This document shows, one piece after another, positions 56,838-64,000 of a DNA stretch of 64,000 nucleotides. Under the pieces are notes generated by a model that saw nothing but the letters and a program-made list of their open reading frames with translations, did not search any database and had not been told where the DNA came from. A program made the position numbers and the translations under genes. The stretch is taken from IMG/VR virus record IMGVR_UViG_3300048599_000194, positions 32,001 through 96,000 of that record; one strand, given 5' to 3'. The stretch is from a virus (lineage: Duplodnaviria > Heunggongvirae > Uroviricota > Caudoviricetes). Positions within the stretch are counted from its first letter, which is position 1. Each line of letters starts with the position of its first letter.

Positions 56838-57593
56838 TTAGCCCTTTAATGCTTCCAGTAATTTGCCGATTGAGTGATATTCAGTCTCCATTGTAATGTT
56901 GTTCTTCTTAGTATTGTAATCAACTTCTCGCCTAAACTCCTTAACAGCTTTCTCAACAGCTTCAGTAATCAATGGAATCTGATGAGAATTAACTGCCTCT
57001 GTAATAGCATGAAGCATAGCTGGCTTTCCGTAGGATGGACGACCAACAATATCAACTGTAATTAATTCATAGTCATCTGCAACATACAGGCGACCATTCA
57101 TCTTATATACTGAACCAAGTCCCCTAAGTGAATTTCCTACTGGAATTCCATTCTTAACTAATGCGGCTATAATAGCTCCACATGGAAGATCAGTGATCAC
57201 TCTTGACTTGATCTTCATCTCATCGCCAACCATGTACAATTTTTCAATTAAATGGCAGGCTTTTTCTAAGTTAATTTCAGTTACCGGAAGTAAAATATGC
57301 TCACCTTCGCTAGTGACAGCCGGATGGTTTAATTCACCCAATGAATTGAATGTCTCTATATATGTCTTTGTAAACTTTTTCGACTGCCTATCCATATGAT
57401 CAGTCGAATATATTCTACCGTTAATTCCCTCAACTTCACATACTATGGCAGTTCCCTCTAATTTAAGTCTCTTCTCGTTACTATCAAACACACTTTCAAA
57501 TACAGGTTTTAGCTGGTTTTCGGCTTGATAATCTGCAATCGTAGATCCCTTTTTATTGACTACGTCATAACCTTCCAATATTAGCTTACCCAT
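56838..57593 (-). CDS. Prohead protease (T4 gp21-like)
   Basis: NGRIY, LGELNHP, PCG.I, GNSLRGLGS, TVDIVGRPS. Confidence 0.92.
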   Translation of the reverse strand: MGKLILEGYDVVNKKGSTIADYQAENQLKPVFESVFDSNEKRLKLEGTAIVCEVEGINGRIYSTDHMDRQSKKFTKTYIETFNSLGELNHPAVTSEGEHILLPVTEINLEKACHLIEKLYMVGDEMKIKSRVITDLPCGAIIAALVKNGIPVGNSLRGLGSVYKMNGRLYVADDYELITVDIVGRPSYGKPAMLHAITEAVNSHQIPLITEAVEKAVKEFRREVDYNTKKNNITMETEYHSIGKLLEALKG

Positions 57594-57750
57594 TTAATTC
57601 TTCCTTTATCTTTTTGGAATATTCTAGTATTAATGATTTTTCTGTATTATGTATTGACTCTTGCAAATACTTATTAAATGACGATAAATCTTTATTGAGT
57701 AGAGATTCTACTAATCTATTCTTACTCATTGAATTACCAGAAACTTCCAT
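57586..57750 (-). CDS. Small prohead core protein (gp67-like), 54 aa, absent from the ORF track
   Basis: Manual translation MEVSGNSMSKNRLVESLLNKDLSSFNKYLQESIHNTEKSLILEYSKKIKEELNG; between gp20 and gp21; CTAAATA 6 nt upstream. Confidence 0.65.
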   Translation of the reverse strand: MEVSGNSMSKNRLVESLLNKDLSSFNKYLQESIHNTEKSLILEYSKKIKEELNG

Positions 57751-57785
57751 GATTATTATTTAGTTTTACTTAAAATTAGATTGAA

Positions 57786-59639
57786 TTATCCAATGTTCTC
57801 TGCGGTTGCAGGTGCTTCACCTTCACCTGGGATTTCTGGTGTTTCTGGTGGTAGTGACTCTTCAGCACCAACTTCAGGCTCACCCCCCATTCCATTTGCG
57901 GCTGTTTCTATTCCACCAAATTGACCACCGCCTCCAGCGCCAGTCATATCTGCCGGATTGGAAAGTTCCATATTCTCTTGATCCATTTTCTTTTTCTTAG
58001 TTATATTTCTTGCAGTCTGCAAACGCTCACGCTGAATTAATGTCATATTCTCGGCGAATTCTTCATCCGTTAGATTGAAATATTTCTTCAATACAAATTC
58101 TTTGGAGAATATTGCGTTAGGGCCTTCTGTTCCGTCATCTATATATTTTGCGGCTTTATCTAGAATATCAAATCGAGTATTAGTGACTTCGGCTTCTTTA
58201 TACAGCTTGAATAGATTAGACTGTGTGAATAAGCAGGTAAAGAACTTTTCATTCTTTAAGTCATCTTCATATTTTTCCATTGTTTCCAAATACATCACAA
58301 ACAACGGAATTACTACTTGAGTTGAAAATGATCGCTGTAATCTCTCGATGAATCGTGTCAATACGATTTCATCGCGAGTAATCTCACCCGGTTTCCCGAC
58401 AGTTGCTTGACCTTGCTGTTGCCCGGCCAATGTAACGCTACGTGATGCTGGGAATAATAGTGCCTGATAAAGTAATTGCTTAAAATAGTTTAGGTCAGTT
58501 ATCTCACCTAAGTTAGCTCCTGCGGGAATGGTATCAATTTTAGCGGCCTGAGAACCCTCAGGTAGAGCAAAATAATAATCTTCCATCATTGCAGTTATTT
58601 TCTCAAGTCCTACAATAGAACCATCTTCTGTATTATAGTAGAGCCTGCGATTTAGATTTTCTGACTGTCTACGTAGATGCTCTTCTGCCTTAATTGGGGG
58701 CATATTGCCAGTTGGAATGTAGAAAGCCCTTTTTTCATGACCTCTGAGGATTCTGTATCTAACAATGGAGTCTTCGATGTTCTTTAACTGATTAGCTACC
58801 TTGCGAGCATTTTCCAAGAAAGACAGGCGATCATTGATTCCACCAAATCCTCTCTCCTTATAGTCCCACCATAGAATTTGATTGGGGTGATAATCTATGT
58901 AATCCTTGGTAAGATCTCCACCCATCGTATAATACGTCATGTTCTGACGATTTGTATCATAGGCAGTTTTGTCGATAATTTGACGATATCCGACGACTAC
59001 ACCATCTTCAACAACAACAATCATATTATATGAAGGAAGTAACCTAACGCCAGTTACTTTATTCATTGAATCTGAATATCCAACTTCATAGAATATACTT
59101 CCTTCAATGAGGAACTTCTTAAACCAATCCCAAGCATTGTCGTCAAAATCCATTACACATTGCAACATTTCATTGAAATCTTGCTGTAATTGTACCTTTG
59201 TCGCATTTCCGATTGCTATGTTTGGGAAATTGTCGTTAATCTTTAATGAAGCTATTTGACTCGATTCATTTGTAACAATAGCTTCATTACAAATAGTTTC
59301 TATTACATATCTAACTTCAGGTCTTTTCGATAGTCTAACATAATTAGAATATCGAATTCTTAGTTGATCTGACCATTGGCTTGTTAGTTTATCAGCTAAG
59401 TCTTTCCTTCGGTCTAGAGGATCCTTGTTCCCATAGTTATATAGTACGACTGCAGCTTGTGTACCTAATATGTCGTTAATTGAATCTTCAGACTGACCTA
59501 TTTGATTTTTTCGTGCATTACTTCGACGCTCATTTTCGACTTGTCGAAAATCATCGAAATTAGAATATACAGGGTTATGAGTTACATCAGTAATTCTAGT
59601 GTTGCCCCTTAGGCCCTGAATAGGTCGTCTAATCGCCAT
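57786..59639 (-). CDS. Portal protein (T4 gp20-like)
   Basis: PEV..I.NEAIV, ANQLKNIEDSIVRYRILR..EKRAFYI, MMEDYY, EITRDE, ERLQ. Confidence 0.95.
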   Translation of the reverse strand: MAIRRPIQGLRGNTRITDVTHNPVYSNFDDFRQVENERRSNARKNQIGQSEDSINDILGTQAAVVLYNYGNKDPLDRRKDLADKLTSQWSDQLRIRYSNYVRLSKRPEVRYVIETICNEAIVTNESSQIASLKINDNFPNIAIGNATKVQLQQDFNEMLQCVMDFDDNAWDWFKKFLIEGSIFYEVGYSDSMNKVTGVRLLPSYNMIVVVEDGVVVGYRQIIDKTAYDTNRQNMTYYTMGGDLTKDYIDYHPNQILWWDYKERGFGGINDRLSFLENARKVANQLKNIEDSIVRYRILRGHEKRAFYIPTGNMPPIKAEEHLRRQSENLNRRLYYNTEDGSIVGLEKITAMMEDYYFALPEGSQAAKIDTIPAGANLGEITDLNYFKQLLYQALLFPASRSVTLAGQQQGQATVGKPGEITRDEIVLTRFIERLQRSFSTQVVIPLFVMYLETMEKYEDDLKNEKFFTCLFTQSNLFKLYKEAEVTNTRFDILDKAAKYIDDGTEGPNAIFSKEFVLKKYFNLTDEEFAENMTLIQRERLQTARNITKKKKMDQENMELSNPADMTGAGGGGQFGGIETAANGMGGEPEVGAEESLPPETPEIPGEGEAPATAENIG

Positions 59640-59660
59640 TATATTGAATTCCTTTTTATT

Positions 59661-60449
59661 TTATTTTAACAGCTTCTTTAGTTCAGTAAATACTGAGTCA
59701 TTTTTATTTGCAAGAAGTGCGAATACTACCGAGCTAATTGGCTTGTTTCTCTTTACAAGCGACCCTGTTTCTGGATTGTACTTGTAGTGGCGTCTGACGT
59801 AGAATTCTTCTTTCTTACTTAGTTTCTTACCGCCACCTGCAAGTTTGATCAGACGCTCACGAATTATTGAATTAGCTCTACATAGATCAGATATTTTTTG
59901 TGCTATTTTCTTTGATGATATATCTTCAACTTCACCGTCGATGCCAACCACGTATGACTTATATACTTCGCTTAGATTTCTAGCATTATTAAACATCACC
60001 CCAGAAATGTCTAAATTTCCAAAAACTCCATTTTGAGAATAAAATCCAGCTTCCTTGGCAATTCGAAGAATGTATAGGTAAACTGCCTGAACAATATCGA
60101 ACTCTAATGGAATGTCATTTATGTATTGTATTTCCGACAGTGTCGGAATGGCAACGCCAGATTCACTTGTCAGTTTTGAATCTTTTAAGAAATCAATGTC
60201 GTCTTCATCAAAAACTAAAGAGGTTAATACGAGCATGACCTTATTCTTCACTACCTTATCAACATCAACCCCATTCAAATATTGAATCATCGCATCTACG
60301 GCGCGAATGTACCCATCAGTTAACGCATACATGTATTCTTTATTAGCGTCGATTAATTCTCGCTGTAACTTTGGTGTATTACTACCACCAAATAAATCAG
60401 CATCAATATCATTACTAATTTTCAAATTACTATTCATTGCTTCAGACAT
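59661..60449 (-). CDS. Hypothetical late protein
   Basis: 262 aa upstream of portal. Confidence 0.6.
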   Translation of the reverse strand: MSEAMNSNLKISNDIDADLFGGSNTPKLQRELIDANKEYMYALTDGYIRAVDAMIQYLNGVDVDKVVKNKVMLVLTSLVFDEDDIDFLKDSKLTSESGVAIPTLSEIQYINDIPLEFDIVQAVYLYILRIAKEAGFYSQNGVFGNLDISGVMFNNARNLSEVYKSYVVGIDGEVEDISSKKIAQKISDLCRANSIIRERLIKLAGGGKKLSKKEEFYVRRHYKYNPETGSLVKRNKPISSVVFALLANKNDSVFTELKKLLK

Positions 60450-61581
60450 TTTCAGAACCTCTTTTGTTATTTAGCGTAGCTTCTATTTTGTACTTATAAG
60501 CCGATGCCATTCTTGCAGTTCTATCCCCTAATTGCTCTTTTTCTTTTTCTGATGATGCATATTTCTTGAAGTCATTTTGGATTTTATTGAAATCACTGAC
60601 AGTGTTTATTTGTCCGTTTTTGATTCCTTCTCGCAACGAATTTAATCTCTCTTTAATTTGTTCTTGATTTAGATTTAATTTTGTTAGATTTTGTGAGTAA
60701 TCATTAATGAATTTATTTCTTATTGATTCTACATTAATTGTCTTATTGATAATTGCATCAATCGCAGTCATAATCTCAACTACTTGTTTAATTTCAACAG
60801 TATTACCAACTGGGACTGCAATTGTTTTAGTAGTCTTCTTCCCTTCGCCATTGACAACTTTCATTTCCTCTATAATACCGCGCCTAAATGTAGTTAATAA
60901 TTGAGGTAATGAATTAAAGACACCCGAGCTACGTCCAATTGAATCTACCAAGTTGCCAGAATCCTTGAAGAAATCGTCTTGAGTCTTATTAAATTCTCCA
61001 TGCTTATCTAGGATATAGAAGTTTTCAGGCACTAATTCAGATGGTTCTAATTGAAATACATTGTCAATGTCAATATTATTATAGGCCCCATTAATAGCCA
61101 ACACGCCTGACTTATCGTTGAATAATCCCTTTTTCATAAGAGATTCCATCCACTCAACAATATTTTTATCGTATTTGATTATATAGTATGCAAAGAATCT
61201 ATATATCGTATTGATCTTTCGTTTAATGGCGTCATCTCTAACTTTAGAGTTTTCTTTGCTTTTTCCTTTATTTGCATTATATTCGTCTGATACTTCATCG
61301 GCCAATTCATCGAATAAGTCATATATTCGCCCTTGATATTCTTTAATTGTGTCTAAATCTTCATTATCTCCTATGTTATATCTAATGAAATTTATCACAT
61401 TGGCATATAGTTTATCCCTGAGATTTATGCGTTTTACGACTACACTAGGATCCACTTTCTTCGCCGCAATCTGCTCCATTTTGTCAATATCTCCAATCGG
61501 AGATTCTTGTGGAGTATCTTCATACATATCGGACTCGGTGTCCTGATTTTCGAATAAACGACCATTAAACCAAACTTGCAT
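60442..61581 (-). CDS. Hypothetical late protein
   Basis: 379 aa; CTAAATA 5 nt before ATG; N-terminal LFEN. Confidence 0.65.
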   Translation of the reverse strand: MQVWFNGRLFENQDTESDMYEDTPQESPIGDIDKMEQIAAKKVDPSVVVKRINLRDKLYANVINFIRYNIGDNEDLDTIKEYQGRIYDLFDELADEVSDEYNANKGKSKENSKVRDDAIKRKINTIYRFFAYYIIKYDKNIVEWMESLMKKGLFNDKSGVLAINGAYNNIDIDNVFQLEPSELVPENFYILDKHGEFNKTQDDFFKDSGNLVDSIGRSSGVFNSLPQLLTTFRRGIIEEMKVVNGEGKKTTKTIAVPVGNTVEIKQVVEIMTAIDAIINKTINVESIRNKFINDYSQNLTKLNLNQEQIKERLNSLREGIKNGQINTVSDFNKIQNDFKKYASSEKEKEQLGDRTARMASAYKYKIEATLNNKRGSENV

Positions 61582-61589
61582 CTGTATAT

Positions 61590-63380
61590 TTAGATTTTAT
61601 CTGGTTGTATCATCTCATTTACGGTAGAATTCAATCCAGCGGCCAATCTCTTACCTAACACTGTAATATCTAATATGCCTTTTGATTTGGACGTGTCAAC
61701 TGCCATAGGAGGCGTTATCATTTCGTTATAGTTTTTATTTCGATGTATTGCTTCTGCAATTGAATCTGCACTATATAATGCTTTAGCTGGATTAATGTCT
61801 ATTGATGAAATGGGTCCGAATTCATTCACTCCATTTCCATTACCACTTAATGATGCGGACGTGTTAGATATTTCAGCACCAGCGCCATTTGCAAGAGCAA
61901 TTGGATTACTAGAATCTATGTCTGAGTCAACGTCTGTAATATCAATCAAATCAAAATCTGACGAATCCGGCATATAGTCTATTGGTAAAGCATACTCAAG
62001 GTCGAATGGGAATGAAATTAAATCATTAAACATGTCATAACAAGTCAAACTATAATTTCCATCTTCATCTCCAACAATGGAAAATGACGACGATTGAGTT
62101 AAATACGGAACGCCATTGTCGTCATATGCGATTGAATTACCAGATTCGTTTTGTATTCTATAAAACAATACTGAATTACTAGTGTCTGCACTTAATCTAT
62201 TGAGTATAATTGTCTGTTGTAATGAATATGGGTTCGATTTAGCCCATTCAAATAGGCTTTCGACTTTATATTTTTTTGAAGTGTTTATATTAACTTTTAG
62301 GTTATATAGTGTAATAAAATCTTCTTCCATTATTTCTAGAACCGTGGATAGATACTTTATTATTTCTGGGGAGCTTGATCCACCTGTCAAATCTACAACC
62401 AGATCCCATAGATTTGAAACTCCGAGAGAATTTTTAGCTTCTTCAATTGTGATCGATTCAACATTGTCAATAAGATCTAAAATATCTTGATTTCCGTCAG
62501 AAACAAAACTAGTATTGAGAAATTCTTGTCGCAACTTCCAAACTTCATTCGGCATCATATTTGGATGGTATTCCCATGACGTGAAGTTAGAATACGTGGA
62601 AAATAGTCCACCCCAGAACACTGTATCGTAGCTACCAATGTATTCTTCTTTGAGGGTAACCGAATCCTTCTTCATAGCTGTTTTTAGGTCAGGATATATC
62701 CCATATATTTTAATATTTACACCAGTTCTCGTTTTATGTGAACTGAACCATGTTTGGGCATTCTCTATGAATACTCTTGCTGAATTATCAGTGAAGTTTA
62801 TTGGTTTCTTTACATACGTCACAGTTCCACTTGTTTCACTGATTTGATCTTCTTCTAGATAATAAACATTAATTGAAAGAGCCTTTTTATATTGACTCCA
62901 ACTTAATCCATTTTCTTTATATTCTGTACCTGTTATTATATTTTGTTGCACGTACCAAGATCTTACCGTTGAACATATATCATATCCATATTTACGACCG
63001 TCGTTTGCACCGCCATTCACGCACCATTGATCTATAAATGCGACAATACATTCAGCAAACGGTCTAAAATCATCATCTAGTTTTGAAATTTTTCGAGAAA
63101 GTTCTCCGTATATTTTAGGGTAATAGGTTAATTTAGAATAATCAACTGTAGTGCCAGAGATGAACGCATTGGCACCATACATTTCAGATAAATCTGAATT
63201 ATCAGTTGATTGTATTGTATCAATGGCTGAAATTATTTTTCTTTGTAGAGAAGATAATGAACACGGAAAATCCGTAATATCCTGCAATGCAGATGGACTC
63301 TCATCAAAATTGAAATAAGAGTCTATTATATCTGTTGCATTATCTACTATATTCCCTTCGGAATTAAGCAACTCCATCAA
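61590..63380 (-). CDS. Hypothetical late (probably virion) protein
   Basis: 596 aa, acidic, in a late operon. Confidence 0.6.
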   Translation of the reverse strand: MMELLNSEGNIVDNATDIIDSYFNFDESPSALQDITDFPCSLSSLQRKIISAIDTIQSTDNSDLSEMYGANAFISGTTVDYSKLTYYPKIYGELSRKISKLDDDFRPFAECIVAFIDQWCVNGGANDGRKYGYDICSTVRSWYVQQNIITGTEYKENGLSWSQYKKALSINVYYLEEDQISETSGTVTYVKKPINFTDNSARVFIENAQTWFSSHKTRTGVNIKIYGIYPDLKTAMKKDSVTLKEEYIGSYDTVFWGGLFSTYSNFTSWEYHPNMMPNEVWKLRQEFLNTSFVSDGNQDILDLIDNVESITIEEAKNSLGVSNLWDLVVDLTGGSSSPEIIKYLSTVLEIMEEDFITLYNLKVNINTSKKYKVESLFEWAKSNPYSLQQTIILNRLSADTSNSVLFYRIQNESGNSIAYDDNGVPYLTQSSSFSIVGDEDGNYSLTCYDMFNDLISFPFDLEYALPIDYMPDSSDFDLIDITDVDSDIDSSNPIALANGAGAEISNTSASLSGNGNGVNEFGPISSIDINPAKALYSADSIAEAIHRNKNYNEMITPPMAVDTSKSKGILDITVLGKRLAAGLNSTVNEMIQPDKI

Positions 63381-63906
63381 AATCTGTATTCTTTCTTAGT
63401 GAATTAACAAGTTCCTGAACGAATGTATAAAATGAGCTATATGCCTCTATCTGATCTAGTGCAGTTAAGTCTTCTAATTTAGTCCAGATCGTACCCTTAA
63501 CTTTCTCAAAGTCTTCGGGGGATATGTCATTCAATCCGGTGATGTCGAATAAAGTTGTCACATATCCAATTGCATTTTCTGAATCTTTGATGATGGATCC
63601 GGTTATTATATTACATAATCCTTTAATAGCCGGATCTCTACGATTTGTCAAGTCGTTGATTGCGTCATACGATCCAGATTCATCTCGTCCCAGGAATGAA
63701 TAAGCATTAGTATCTACATCTTGTTCATTATTTTGTTTGACCTTAGAGAACACATCATCTTCAGTCATTTGAGCTGGATCTTTCTTCCCCTCAGTTCCAT
63801 CTTCATTAGCTTTTTCAGTTTCATCAAATTCATCAGCCTCAGTGAGAAGTCTATTGAATTCAGCTAGGTTAGATTCATGAAACACTGGATACATTGGATT
63901 GTTCAT
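63364..63906 (-). CDS. Hypothetical acidic late protein
   Basis: CTAAATA 6 nt before ATG; FHES and LTEA sites. Confidence 0.65.
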   Translation of the reverse strand: MNNPMYPVFHESNLAEFNRLLTEADEFDETEKANEDGTEGKKDPAQMTEDDVFSKVKQNNEQDVDTNAYSFLGRDESGSYDAINDLTNRRDPAIKGLCNIITGSIIKDSENAIGYVTTLFDITGLNDISPEDFEKVKGTIWTKLEDLTALDQIEAYSSFYTFVQELVNSLRKNTDFDGVA

Positions 63907-63924
63907 GTAGATTATTTAGATAAC

Positions 63925-63953
63925 AAAAAAGCCCGACTAGATGTCGAGCTTTT
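63925..63953. terminator. Rho-independent terminator
   Basis: AAAAAAGCCCGAC-TAGAT-GTCGAGCTTTT. Confidence 0.75.
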
Positions 63954-64000
63954 AAGGAGTGTATTTTAACTAATCAATTACGATTGCATAGATTTCTTAG

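Noticed and set aside
1-64000. Stop-codon reassignment as in some jumbo phages
   Set aside because: Core genes are full length in code 11, and TAG, TGA and TAA all end genes
1-64000. tRNA genes
   Set aside because: No cloverleaf with a TTC-GA/AA T-loop noticed in the short intergenic gaps; tRNAscan-SE would be decisive

Overview
A 64 kb, AT-rich, gene-dense segment of a large T4-like (gp23-type) myophage genome in the standard genetic code. From left to right it holds an HNH nuclease and an Hc1-like protein, a glycosyltransferase/methyltransferase cluster, a divergent lysis cassette and a degenerate UDP-galactopyranose mutase homologue. Next come the clamp loader and clamp, dUTPase, an NAD salvage operon (Nudix, CinA-like/NMNAT fusion, NAMPT), long ThyX, a macrodomain, gp4 and class II RNR. 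The T4-like replisome and recombination block follows (RNase H, RuvC-like, primase, gp32, gp41, UvsX, gp43, gp47, gp55, gp46), then a non-coding strand-switch region upstream of uvsY/uvsW, a phage RpoD-like sigma factor and the head module (gp13, gp23, gp22, gp21, gp67-like, gp20). The most notable signals read from the DNA are: (1) two promoter classes, extended -10 TGnTAnnAT and late nTAAATA, repeatedly placed exactly 6 nt or 5-6 nt before start codons, implying widespread leaderless mRNAs, together with two unusual phage sigma factors; (2) a promoter-driven, GC-rich, structured non-coding region with tandem repeats upstream of uvsY (candidate ncRNA and/or origin); (3) a truncated major-capsid paralogue in the early region next to the NAD operon; (4) co-varying substitutions in DNA polymerase motifs (DTDS to HTDS, KKRY to RAHY). 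All product calls come from motif recognition by eye; no database searches were run.
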